A stretch of DNA of 64,000 nucleotides. Origin: the human T2T-CHM13v2.0 reference genome, Homo sapiens. Shown in pieces: positions 1 through 13,506 of this stretch. Where the stretch lies: assembly GCF_009914755.1 (NCBI RefSeq), contig NC_060925.1. One strand, given 5' to 3'. How positions within the stretch are numbered: the stretch's first letter is position 1; each line of letters starts with the position of its first letter. The position numbers and the translations under genes are program-made. A model generated the notes under the pieces. The model ran no database searches. It was not told the origin of the DNA and saw only the letters and a program-made list of their open reading frames with translations.

Positions 1-19
1 TCAGACCAAGAACCTGCAG

Positions 20-130
20 ACATGGTTAAAATTCCAGCTCTCCGACATATTGGCTGTGTGACAGAGGGCACATCACTTCCTCTCTCTCAGTCTTAACTTT
101 CTACCCTCTAAAATTGAATGATAATTGCTG
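20..130 (+). mobile_element. MIR fragment
   Basis: MIR core-like ccagctctcc..ggctgtgtgac..cacttcctctct..aaaattgaatgataat. Confidence 0.6.
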
Positions 131-209
131 GTGGATTCTGACTCCAGCTGCTTAATGCCTGAAGGCCACTTATCACCCCACAACCTATCACTGATGCATA
201 GGACCAGAA

Positions 210-426
210 CAGGGCTTCTCAACTTCAACCTTGTTGGCATTTGGAGTTAAACATTAACAGTTCTTTGGGGGGGTGGCTGTCCTGTGCATTGTAGGATGTT
301 GAGCAACTTCCCTGCCCTCTACACACTAGATACTCCCAGTGTGACAACCAAAAATGTCTCCAGACATTGCCATATGTCTCAACTGGGTACCAAAATCCCC
401 CCTACCCATCCCCACTTGAGAACCAC
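210..426 (-). mobile_element. MER20 (hAT-Charlie)
   Basis: ctgtcctgtgcattgtaggatgtt...gtgacaaccaaaaatgtctccagacattgc...ttgagaaccac matches the reverse of the recalled MER20 consensus. Confidence 0.85.
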
Positions 427-1049
427 CAAAGGAATTCCTCTGATTAACTGTGCTGGGCATCCCCTCTTCTGGGCCTCAGTTTCCCCATCTGTCAAATGAA
501 TGGCTTAGCCCAGAAGATGGATAGCTATTGGCCTCCCCAAAGCAGAGTTTTCCCCAACTCTAAATTTTGTGGTGAAAACCCACCAAGTTCTAAGAACAGG
601 CTTGGGACAAGGAGGAGAAAGGACATTCGGCCCTCAGCTGGAGGGAGGCAGAGCCCTGCAGATGCCCATCTCAGGTCCACCTTTTGCGGCCTCTTGTCTG
701 GCTCTAGGCCCTCTCCCTTGCCAGTTTCCTGTTGGCCACCATGTTTTCCCAGTTGCTCTGGGAACACGTTTCCTTCCCACATCCCACTGGGAATAGGAAA
801 GTCCATTGAATATTCATGAACGTATAAAATGAATTTGTGGTTGATATCGATCTAGTTCCTGAGGCCTAAGCTGGCCTCATCTTCCCCAAGTGGCCTCTCA
901 GCCCTGGCTTCATGTTTCTAAGGGAACTTGTCCTGGTTTTCTTGAAAGGTAATCTTCTTGCGGATCAACTTTGCTAAGAAAATGAAAAGCTTTTTCCTCT
1001 CCCTTTAAATCCCTGCTCGTATCTGCCAAGAGCAGGAAGAGTCCCTGCC

Positions 1050-2365
1050 AGAGCCTTGGGATTGCATTGGGCATTTGAGCTCTGGAGTCAGGAAGGTCTC
1101 TGTTCAAATACCAGCTGCGTCGGTCCCTGAGTGCTGACCTTGTGCTGGTCACCTGGTTCCTGGAGCCTCGGTTCCTCATCTGTGTAACAACTAATGGAGT
1201 AAATAGAGTAATGGGAATTCACCATCTCGTGAGGTGGTTTCTAGCATTAAATAAATTAATATAAGTGAAGCACACAGCATATTCCTAACAAATACTCAAT
1301 ATGTAATAGATATTCTAGTTTTGTTATTAATGATTACATATATGATGATTGAGAAGTCAAATGAGATTATTATAGCCAGTGCTTTGTAAACTGCTCAGTG
1401 CTACGTACAGGAGTAAATAGTTCTAAGATGTTATCAACATTATTAGCATCACTTTGCCAGCCAGCCAAAGCAAAACGGCCCTGGGTGATCTGTCAATATC
1501 ACAATCCAGCAGTATCAGATGCTGTTTGGCTCTGATTTCAGGATCAGAAATGGCCTACGAATAGACTCGTTGGCTCAGATTGACTTAAAGCTTCATTCTG
1601 AAAAATCTACACCACAGATTTGGGCCCAGGGAATTACCCCTAGTGGAGACCAACTGGGCTCCAGAATGAAGGCTTCGAATACAATTTGAATTGTGTGACT
1701 ATGCGAGAATGTAGACCGTCCCCCACAGCATGGACATGCCTAAGACACAGTCGGGTTCAATCTTGTCATCATGGAGGTAGTGACCACCATCGAATGGTCC
1801 CCAAATATGAGCTACCATGTTAAGTACATTTTGTGCATTATCTCATTAATCCTCACAACAACGTCATAAGGGGGCTATGACCAACTCCTTGTTATGAACA
1901 AGGAAAAGAAGGCTCACAAAGATTGAATTCAAGTCAAGAATCTCAAGGCAAATAACAGTGGAGCTGAACTTCTGGGCTTCTCAGACACATGCTCACTGTA
2001 GACCACATCATCGGCACAGGAGATGAAGGTCTGATTTGGCTTTAGGATGAGGTTCTGTCGTATGCATGAAGGATGCAGGGACTGGAGGGAGGAGAGTTAT
2101 GTGTGAAAAGGGAGCTGCCCCATCAAATTCTGAGCTGATGATAATGGCAACTATACTAGCAACCATGCCAGACTCTGGACTAAATGCTTTAGGTACATTA
2201 TCCCACACGGTGCCTGCAATAACCCTCTGAGACAGTCTGTGGATACCCAGTTTGTAGATGATAAAGCTGCAGTCTGCAGGACCCCAGGGGATTGCCCGAG
2301 GAAAAGTATGTAGTAATTAGTGGAGCTAGGATTTGCACCTCAGCAGTCTGATTCCAGAGTTACTC
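1050..2365. mobile_element. Cluster of MIR fragments (about 1050-1330 +, 1800-2010 -, 2140-2365 -)
   Basis: MIR core motifs (gcctcggttcctcatctgt; attatctcattaatcctcacaac; agtggagctaggatttg). Confidence 0.65.
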
Positions 2366-2379
2366 TAGGTACCGCAGTG

Positions 2380-2850
2380 GCTTAATAAACTACCCCAAAC
2401 TGAGTATAAAACACTAATTTGAACATGCTCATGGGTTTTGTGGGTCAGGGAATTAGACAAGGCTGGGATAGCTTGTTTCTGTTCCATGATGTTCAGGGCC
2501 TCATCTGGGAGGAATCAAATGGTTGGGGGTGACTCAAATAGCTGGGCACCGGACCCAGAGGCTCCTGCTGGGCTGGAAGTTCCTCTTCCAAGATGATGAC
2601 TTCACTCGTCTAAATAAGTGGGCTGTTGACCCAAAGGCTGGGCTCAGCTGGGACTGCCAACTGGACTGCCTGCTTGTGGCTTCTCCCTGTGACCTGGACT
2701 TCTTAGAGCATAGATTTGTGCATTCCAGGAGAGAGCTTTCCAAGGGAACCAACCAGAAACTGCAGGCCTTTGATGACCTGACCTTGGAAGTCACATGGCA
2801 TCACATCTGCTGTCCTATACTGGTCAGAGTAGACACATGCCTGTCCCAGT
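2380..2850 (-). mobile_element. MLT1 (ERVL-MaLR) solo LTR
   Basis: aactaccccaaac...ttgtgggtcaggga...ggaagtcacatggcatcacatctgc, typical of reverse-strand MLT1. Confidence 0.7.
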
Positions 2851-3988
2851 GGAATATGATTTATACCAGTTGCTAGGCTCGTGCTGAGGGTTGAGCAGCA
2901 GCAAGATAACTCTTTGCCGGTGAATAGCCTCCAGTTAACATGGGGAAAACAATGAGGTAAGAAAACGAATGACAGTCCAGCATGCCTTGTGCTCCTGAGG
3001 CCTCTGTGAAGTGCTGTGGGCACAGGATCCATTCTTGGAGCATGCGGTAACTGAGCTCACAGCCAAATTGCTCTTTCCCAATATCCAGCAAAGCTGTGTT
3101 CCTGGAGTTACTCATGGCCAGTGCTCCACAGATTGTGCTCAGTCAGGTTAGGCTGAACACCCCTGAAAGTAAATTCTCGCATGATAAGCAGGGTGTTTCC
3201 AGTTGGACCAGAAAATCCAGCAGGGTGACAGGTCAGATAATGTCCCAGCAAACCACTTCCCAACCCTTGTCAAAACTGGTAGGTGCAGAAACAGGCAGTA
3301 ACAAATGCCATTGGCATGTGAAATGCCAGCCTGGTGGGGTGAGGAAGAGAAGTGGAAATCATTTGAGGCTACTAAGGCACAAGAAGGACTAGAGGGCAGG
3401 AAATAAACTTTCTGCGACCCGTACCATTGGAACTGTCTGCCATCTTGCCGAATCTTCCATTTGTTCATGTATCTCTTCATCCGCAAGTGTTTATAGAATA
3501 CTGATTATGTGCTAGGCACTGTCCTCAGCCCTGGGAATACAGTGGTGAGCCAAGCAGAGCTGGTCCCTGCCTCTAGGAACTTACAGTCTCATGTCTGAGA
3601 TTATTTCAGGGCACCACATGGTGGGTTCAGGTACAGGTTCTGGTGTCAAATCACCTGGAATCAAGTTTCTGCTCTACCACTTCCCAGCCAGAAGACCTCA
3701 TATGAACCATTTTGAATCGATTTGCTCCCTCTGAACTTGTTTCTGCATCCTTATACTGGGGATAAGATTACTATTTTCTGTGTATGGTTGTTTAAATGAG
3801 ATTTGGATTCACAAATGTAGGTGCTGCTGGCTATGGTGGTGGCAGCTTTCTCTTCTCTTCTGAACTCACTGTAAGCTCCTCCGGGGAAAGGCCTGTTCTC
3901 TACTCCTCCTGTGTGTCTCTCAGGTCCACTCTAAGCTGCCTCTGAAGCTGGTACTCTGTAAATACCTGTTGAGTCCTTAGGGCTACTG

Positions 3989-4161
3989 AATTCTGATTCA
4001 GTAGCTCTGGCGTGGGACCTGGGATTCTGCCTTGCTAGCGTGTCCCAGGTAAGACCCATGCTGCTGGTCTGGGGATCACACTGTGAGTAGCCAGAGACTG
4101 GCTCATCCTCTCGCCTTGCCCTACAGTTTTTCATAACTGAACAGGAAGTGTTGTTATCTCA
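3989..4161 (+). repeat. Local duplicate of 6673-6847 (partial MER5A plus unique flank)
   Basis: Manual alignment: about 10 substitutions and one 2-nt indel over about 174 nt. Confidence 0.95.
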
Positions 4162-4972
4162 TGCAAATTCAGGGTTGTTAGAGCGTGAGCTCAGCATGCA
4201 CTCAGCTAAACTTCAGAGATTCCAAACAAACTTTTTTCCCTCCTAGAAGAAGCTGAAGTTTTGCTAGATATGCTTTAGCCAGGACTATTTTAAATGACTC
4301 AGCGGCAGTAACATTGAAGCTTCAGCCCTAAAGACTCTTCCATGTGTTAGCTTCTCACCTGGGGCAAGTTGTTTAATCTCTCTTGGCCTCGGTTTCCTTG
4401 TCTGTAGTAGGGGGACTGGTCCATTTGGGGGCTGTGAAATGATGCGTGGAAATCACCCTGCTCGAGGTCAGGCATATGGTTGGTTTTGATAAAGGAGGGC
4501 TTCTGTTATAGACCTGGTATTTCCCATCAGTCCAGATCTTCAGATGCTGGAGTGAAAGAATCAGTGCTAAGGGAAGTGCTGGCTCTGAGGAACCAAGGGA
4601 AGGTTAAAGCATCACTTACAGCTCCTCCCTTCTTCTCCCTGCACGTGGAGGGCTAGACGGAATGCTTGCAAAACTAAAAGCAATTATAGCACAGTTTTAA
4701 AAGTTCATTGGCATTTATGGAGCATCTAGAAACTTCCAGATGCTGTTCTAAGACCTTTCCATGGATTATTTCATTTAAGTCTCATAATAACCCCTGTAAA
4801 GTAGGGACTGACATCATCCTCCTTAGACAGATGAGGACACCAAGGTGTGGAAAGGTGAAGAGATTTGTCAAAGTTCATTTGAGGAATAAATAGGGAGCTA
4901 GAAGTCAAATTCAGACATCTCTCTCCAGAGCTGCTCCTTAACCACTCATGGGTAACTCAAAAAGTGGTTCTT

Positions 4973-5254
4973 GGCCGGGCACGGTGGCTCATACCTGTAA
5001 TCCCAGCACTTTGGGAGGCTGAGGTGGGTGGATCACCTGAGGTCGGGAGTTCGAGACCAGCCTGACCAACATGGAGAAACCCCATCTCTACTAAAAATAC
5101 AAAATTAGCTGGGCGTGATGGCACATGCCTGTAATCCCAGTTACTCAGGAGGCTGAGGCAGGAGAATCACTTGAACCCAGGAGGCGGAGGTTGCGGTGAG
5201 CCAAGATCACTCCATTGCCCTCCAGCCTGGGCAAGAAAAGCGAAACTCCATCTC
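4973..5254 (+). mobile_element. AluSp-like
   Basis: ctgaccaacatggagaaaccc and ttgcggtgagc diagnostics; TSD aaaag(t/c)ggttctt. Confidence 0.9.
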
Positions 5255-5255
5255 A

Positions 5256-5332
<77 letters not shown>

Positions 5333-5341
5333 AAGAAAGGA

Positions 5342-5417
<76 letters not shown>

Positions 5418-5421
5418 AAAG
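5255..5421 (+). repeat. Compound (GAAA)n-(GA)n-(GAAA)n microsatellite from the Alu tail
   Basis: 167 consecutive purines. Confidence 0.98.
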
Positions 5422-6104
5422 CGGTTCTTGAGCTCTTCTGTTGCAGGGTGCAGGCTTTCTTAGGACTGGATGGAAGTGGTGGCCTCTGTCCCACCTTTTT
5501 CAAAGGTGAGACCCTGGGTCACAGCCAAAGGGAGCATTATCTTCACACGCTCCTCCCATCCTCCATCATCCCTCACCTCCCGCCTACCCAATCAAATCAA
5601 GCAGAACTTATTAGAATAATGTACCTGCACACAATATTGGATCTAATTTCAAGAGATTCAAGGGCTCTCCCTCCCTATCAAAGCCAGCCCATCCCCATCA
5701 CATGGACACAGGCAAGACCTTCCAGGCAAGAATCAGACAGGGGGCCTACCTTTGCCTTAACCCTGAACTATAATCTGAAACTTGCATGCCACTTATTTGA
5801 ATGTTACCTACTTGGGAATCTCTTGTTTTCTTTAAATCATCAAACACCCCTTACGGTTTGGGATAGGAAGCTCTATTGTATCCTTTAGGTCTCCCAGCCT
5901 CAGTCTGTTTTACAGAAGAGAGAGGCAGGCAAGAAAGAATAGGGTACAGGAATGGGGTCCTTATATCTGTATGTGTCTTCTTAGGTGCCCACAAAATCCC
6001 AGTAAGGGAGACAATATTTTCCCCATTTCACAGATGAAGAAACTGAGGCTGAGAGAAACTACATCACTCATCTAGGGTCTCACAGCCTATAAATAAGAAG
6101 TTCA

Positions 6105-6422
<318 letters not shown>

Positions 6423-6607
6423 TCATTTTCTACCGTGCCACTGAATTAAAGAATAAAATCAGTGTTTAAGACTATGCATATAACAGAAGCATAGGTTGTG
6501 TGGCTTTGGTGTGAATATATGTACTCTTAAGTTCTCCATATTAAGGACGTTCATTGCTAGAGTCTTAGAAGTCCAGGGCTGGGTGCATTTTCGAAGGTCG
6601 TTTAGAG

Positions 6608-6778
6608 CAGAGCTTCTCAAACTTCATGTGCATGGAAATCACATGAGGAGCTTGTTAATTTTAATGCAAATCAATTCTGATTCAGTAGCTCTGACGTGGG
6701 ATCTGGGATTCTGCCTTGCTAGCAAGTCCCAGGTAAGACCCATGCTGCTGGTCTGGGGATCACACTGTGAATAGCCAG
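6608..6778. mobile_element. MER5A-family element
   Basis: cagagcttctcaaactt...ttctgattcagtag...atgctgctggtctggggatcacact. Confidence 0.75.
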
Positions 6779-7476
6779 AGGCTGGCCCATCCTCTCGCCT
6801 TCCCCCACACAGTTTTTCATAACTGAGCAGGAAGTGTTGTTATCTCAGAGCCATCAAAGAAGAAATACATTTCTCAGCGACAGCGATGGCGGAGGAAGAG
6901 GCCTGCCAACAGGCGGGGAGCAGAGGGGACCTTAGACCCTGGCAGAGATCGAGCATCACGGAACACGTATCGTAATGCTGTGCTCACCGAGGGAGTCCAC
7001 CAGGGAAAGGAGGACACTATTGTCCACGGGAAAATGCCTGGGAGGGAGCTATTATCCGTCGGTATCAAGCAGTTAGAGAAGTCTTCTCCGAAAAACACTT
7101 TAACAAGAAATCAAGAATCAACAAAAATAACATTACCTCCAGGTTCTCCTTCATTAACCTGGAAATGGGGATATAATCACCACTTTCTTGCTTGTATTAA
7201 CCAGGAGTCCAGCCTGGGGAAGGTGGCTCGCCCCCATCCTTCTTTCGTGGCCCAGCTCCCCCTAGCCACTCCTACGTCCTTGCCTGCTCCCCAAATCTCC
7301 CAGCTCCTTCTGCCTGCTGACCATTGCAGCTGCCAAGCCTGCTGAGAACGTCCTTCCCCCTTCTCTCCACCTATTGAACTCCTCCTATCATTTGGGGTTC
7401 CCCTAAGTGTCCCCACTTCCCCAGGAAAATATCTCTGATTCCTCCAACATATGTCAGGTCTGCCTGTAGACTCTGA

Positions 7477-7653
<177 letters not shown>

Positions 7654-7882
7654 TAGAATCAATTAAGCAGTACCGTGTAAGCAAGTCCCAGGTAAGACCC
7701 ATGTACTTTCTGACTTGTCCCATCCCCGTTGTAGGTATCATGTCTCTTTCCTTCACTGCTCAGCATCTTGTCCTAGTAGGTGCTCTACAATCCTCTTGCA
7801 AAGCCCAGCCTCCCTTAGCCATTCTTTGTAACACTCGTCACTACCTGAAATAAATCTATCGATACAGATGAATATATGACTA

Positions 7883-8113
7883 CAGGTTTCTCAACTTCAG
7901 ATCCATGATGTACGTAGCCAGGTCATTCTTTGTCATGGGTACTGTCCTGTGCCCTGTAGGATGTTTAGCAACATTCCTTACCTCTATCCATTAGATGCCA
8001 GTAACACCCCCCGCCCCACCCCACAACACCTGCAAATGTGGCAAGCCATAAAGTCTCCAGATATTCCCAAATGCCTTATGGGGTACAAAATTGCTCCCAG
8101 TTAAGAATCACTG
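7883..8113 (-). mobile_element. MER20
   Basis: caggtttctcaac...ctgtcctgtgccctgtaggatgtttagca...ttaagaatcactg. Confidence 0.8.
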
Positions 8114-8132
8114 AAAAAAATACACCTGTGTA

Positions 8133-8423
8133 GGCCAGACACAGTGGTTCATGCCTGTAATCCCAGCGCTTTGGGAGGATGAGGTGGGAAGACCACTTGA
8201 GGCCAGGAGTTCGGGACCGGCCTGGGCAACACAGCCATACCACATCACTACAAAAAGATTAAAAAATCAGCTGGGCATGGTGACATGCACCCGTAGCCCT
8301 AGCTACTCAGAAGGCTGATGTGGGAGGATCACTTGAGCCCAGGAGTTCAAGGTTACAGTGAGCTGTGATTGTGCCACTGTACTCCAGCCTGGATGAACGC
8401 ATGAGGCCTTGTCTCTATACACA

Positions 8424-8455
<32 letters not shown>

Positions 8456-8487
8456 GAGAGAGAGACAGAGAGAGAGAGACAGAGACA
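8133..8487 (+). mobile_element. AluJ with tail converted to (CA)n(GA)n microsatellite
   Basis: J-type ggaggatcacttgagcccaggagttcaaggttacagtgagc; dinucleotide repeats about 8418-8487. Confidence 0.88.
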
Positions 8488-8502
8488 TATAAACACGCAT
8501 AT

Positions 8503-8796
<294 letters not shown>

Positions 8797-10532
8797 ATAA
8801 ACATGCATATGTCTTTACATGTATACCTGTATATGTACACTTACACACACGTGTGTATGTGTCTGAGTGTTTATTTAGTCGTTAAGAGCTCCATAGGACA
8901 GGCAGTTTCTTTTGTTTGTTGCTGTGTTTCCAACACTTCAAAACCATGCCTGGTTCCTAGTAGGTTCTCATAAATACTTGTGAAATGAATAAATAAGTGA
9001 TCCATCCCCCCACCTACCCCCACGAGTGTGGTTGTGAGGATTAAATGGGATTATTTACTTATTCATTTATTTGTTGCACTTAGCATAGTGCTTGGTATTG
9101 GCAGACGATCAATAAATGCTAATGCCCCTTTCCTCCTCTGTTTTCCCATTTCCTTCCTGCTTCCCCTTAACTGCCAAAGACCTGTTTTATTATTTTACCC
9201 CCTGTGAACCTCATGTTTCAAAAGATTTTTTTTCCTAAACTGATTAAATAATTATTTATTCTTTTCTCCCTGTGCAATGAAGCAAAGACATGGCTAGCTG
9301 TGCAGTAGCATTGCCGTGAAGAACTTGAGGCTCCTTTCGGCATGAGTGCCATGTTCCCAGATGTGGCATGGGCTGCCGCTGAGATCCCAGAAATGCTTAT
9401 GATGTTACTGACAACCCATTAGGCCTCTGATTGGTGTCAGCAAGCTAGGGGTACCACTGAGCTGATGGAATTCCAGCCCCAAACAAACTTGACATTTCTA
9501 GTTTGTCTGCCTACGCAGGGTTATCAGGAGTAAAATAATTATTTCAGTTAAACATTTTTTTAGTGTCTAGGAAAAAACATGCAACCTTCCCTGCAATTTT
9601 CCACCCCCAAGACTACCACGAGGAGCCCCAGTTTGGGAACCATCAACCCGTCGTGGTAGTTTTTTTTTTTTTTTTTGCGGTCGTGCTCCCAGGGAACCGG
9701 AGAAGGGATTTTTCAGGACGCAGCTACTTGATCACTTTTTTCCTTGCTCTCGGTAATGAGCTTTCGGGCCTAATTAGAATGAAATGTGTTGTTTCCCTTC
9801 CTTCTTTCTCTGTCTCCATAATGATCTTTATCATTAGGATGGATTAATTTCTCATGCCCCCCTCTCTCTCTCGTTATGTTTCATTGTGGTGTGTTTGCTG
9901 TGTGGATGGGGATCGTTAAGGGAACCTCACTAGCACTGTGAATAAATAAAAGAAAGAGAAGGAAAAGTGACAAGGAATGAAAATGGCACCAAATGAGCCT
10001 CTTGCTGACAGCCTCTCTCGGTGATAATGGAGAACAGGGAAGCGCCATGCAGCACCATTTGTCCTTCCTCATTGCCACTGCTTTAATGAGAAAGGGAAAT
10101 CAAGCAATCGGGACATTCCTGTCATCCTCCAGCCCGGGCAGCTCTATTGTGAAGTCCACAGTGAGCGTGCCTCGCCGGAGCGGTGCTTTCAAAGGCTCCC
10201 AGGCACAGAGGCCTCTGCCCAGCCCGGCCTCCTTCCTCTCTCATCAGTCTCCCAGCATATGGACATTCTCCCCTCACCTGCTTTTTCTTCCAGTATGTCA
10301 GCTGGCCCAAGGCTGGGGTGTCCCCACTCCTTCCAGGGTCGTCTTGTGCACTGGAGTCTCTTCAAAGGGCTTCAGGAAAGAGAGAGGAAGCGAGGGACCC
10401 ACGAGGTCAGGTAGGAGGCTCCAATCAGCCCTCTACGTGCATTTATCTTCAAAGCTCTTTCCAGCTGCTAAAGAATGAATCCCTTTCAATACACACACTG
10501 GAAGGGGGCCACTTCGACCAGATTTTACCCCT

Positions 10533-10607
10533 CAAATATAGCTTTTTGCGTGACTATTAATTAATTCACGCAAATATAGCTTTTTGCGTGAATTAATTAA
10601 TTCAGTC
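10533..10607. repeat. Compound direct/inverted repeat
   Basis: 21-nt direct repeat (10533, 10571); 19-bp perfect inverted repeat 10556-10574/10583-10601. Confidence 0.95.
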
Positions 10608-10675
10608 TTCCAGGAAAATGACCACCCCCTCTGAGCCCTACCCTGGAAATCCGTGTTGTGATAGAGAGAGAGTGA

Positions 10676-11280
10676 TGTATCAGTTAGGATAGGATCACTT
10701 ATGCCGCCGTGACAAATGACCCCAACATCTCAATAGCTTTCAACAGCAAGGATTTATTTCTCACTCATACTACATTATCCAGTGCAGCTCAATGGTGGCT
10801 CTGCTCGGTGTCATCTCCCCGCCAGGACCCAGGCTGATCAGAAGCCTATATCTAGGACATTGCTGGAGTAAAGAGAAAATAAGTCAAATCACGCACAGAC
10901 TCTATACAGAGGTGTCCAATCTTTTGGCTCCCCTAGGCCACATTGGAAGAAGAATTGTCTTTGGCCACACATAAAATATACTAACAATAATGATAGCTAA
11001 TGAGTTTTTAAAAATCGCAAAAACATCTCATAGTGTTTTAAGAAAGTTTACGAATTTGTGTTGGGCTGCATTCAGAGCCATTCCGGGCCGCATGCAGCCT
11101 GCGGGCCATGGGTTAGACAAGCTTGCAAAAGCTTCTGCTCAAAGGTTACACACACCAATTCTGTTCTCATTTCATTGACCAGAAAATGTCACAAGCCCAC
11201 ATCTGCCATTGATGGGAGAAAAGTATTATTGTCCCCCAGGAAGGAGCAGAAAATATCTCTGAGAAATAGCAATCTACCAC
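10676..11280 (-). mobile_element. MLT1-type LTR interrupted by MER30
   Basis: tgtatcagttaggatagg...gatttatttctcactcat; resumes after 11125 with ctcatttcattgaccagaa. Confidence 0.65.
10907..11125 (+). mobile_element. MER30 (hAT-Charlie), full length
   Basis: cagaggtgtccaatcttttggc...agaaagtttacgaatttgtgttgggc...ttagacaagcttg. Confidence 0.88.
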
Positions 11281-11649
11281 AATGGGCTTGGAGTTTATAA
11301 TTATTAACAAATAAGAGAACAAAAAGACCTAGGAATTATAAATATATACTAATATAGTCACCTAATGGAAAGTATAAAGCAGTAAAATGGATGCACTATA
11401 GCCATATAAAGCATGGGTGCATCTTGGAAATATAATATTGAGTGAAACTCCTTGTACCCAAATCCTTGTCTCAGGCTCTGCTTTGCAGGGGGAGCACAAA
11501 CTGAGGCAGCTTCTGTGTCTGGTGCTTGTCCAGAGTGTACTTAGCACTCACTGTCTCCTAGGACAGAATTCCCCCTTGGGGTACAGCTCTAATTCTGGAA
11601 AAGTCTGCCCCTGCCTACCCTTCCTTCCTTAATTCCTGTCCAGCTTTCT

Positions 11650-11887
11650 CTTGGCAAACTACAGCCCACAGGCCAAATCCAGCCCACCAACCAAGAATGT
11701 TTGTACACTTTTAAATGGTTGAAAAAAATCAGAAGAATGTTTCACGATGTGAAATTTATACAAAATTCAAACTGCAGTGTCCATAAATAAAATGTTACTG
11801 GATCACAGCCTTGCCCATGTATTTATGAGCAGTTGGGACAGAGACCATTGAAAATATTTACTTCCTGGCCCTTTGCAGAAAAAGCCT
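11650..11887. mobile_element. MER58-family element
   Basis: ttggcaaactacagcccacaggccaaatcc...aaaatatttacttcctggccctttgcagaaaaag. Confidence 0.75.
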
Positions 11888-12583
11888 GTCTTACATGACA
11901 AAATATGGCAACTAGCAGACTGTGTCGGGTAGTATCATCAGTGAAAAGAAGTACCTCGTACGCTCGAGCCAAACATCAGCCTCTTGAAGAGTTACAATGG
12001 GCTTTTTATGTCGTCAACCTGCAGAACACAGGAAGAGTTAGGGAGAAGCCTAGACCCAGGTCAGAATGCAGTTGGAGATGATTCGGGAAGCTTACCACAG
12101 GGACCCTGAGGGGGCTTCCCAGAACTTGCTGAACAGTCGCCTTTCCCTTCCCTGCTCTGCGAGTTTGGGTTTTGGGTAAGCAAGTCAAGCCTGGTCAGCT
12201 GGAATGCTCTGGCTGGTCAAGGCAATTGAAATTTCTCTTTAATGGAAGATTGAACAAAAAGCTCTTTCTGGATTGCCCCTGGGGAGAGGTTTCTCAGCTG
12301 TGTGCAAAGCCCATTTTCCTGATGGGAAATCTCTCCACTGCCCGAGAATGGCACGCAGACCCAGAATCTCCCGGGCACCAGTCCCCACCAGTGGGACATC
12401 GTCCCGCTGCAAAAAGTATAGGACAAAGAAACTGAATCTGTCAAACCTGTGACATCCCCTAAAAGCTGAACATTTTTAAAATTCCTGATAGCAAATTTAA
12501 ATCTTTTTTTTTTCCTTTCTGCCCGCCTTTTAAAAAGATAGAGAAGGTTATTTTTAAAGGCAGGCCATAGATCAGGATTCTGA

Positions 12584-13136
<553 letters not shown>

Positions 13137-13150
13137 AGGAATCTGTATTT

Positions 13151-13506
13151 CTAAAAATTTATTGTTTCCATAGGTTTTTGGGGAACGGGCGGTGTCTGGT
13201 TACATGAGTACGTTCTTTAGTGGTGATTTGTGAGATTTTGGTGCACCCATCACCATAGCAGTATACGCTGAACCCAATTTGTAGTCTTTTATCCCTCACC
13301 CCCTTCCCACCCTTTACCCTGAGTCCCCAGAGTCCATTGTATCATTCTTATGCCTTTGCGTCCTCATAGCTTAGCTCCCACTTATGAGTGAGAACATACA
13401 ATGTTTGGGTTTCCATTCCTGAGTTACTTCACTTAGAATAATAGTCTCCAATCCCATCCAGGTTGCTGCGAATGCCATTAACTTTCCTTTTTATGGCTGA
13501 GTAGTA
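13151..13506 (-). mobile_element. L1 3' end (L1PB-like), 5'-truncated
   Basis: ttttggtgcacccatcacc...catagcttagctcccacttatgagtgagaacata...tttttatggctgagtagta. Confidence 0.88.

Noticed and set aside
5171-5888. ERERE/KKER charged ORFs
   Set aside because: Translations of the Alu tail microsatellite.
10556-10601. Possible pre-miRNA or terminator hairpin
   Set aside because: Short AT-rich stem better explained by template switching; no expression evidence.
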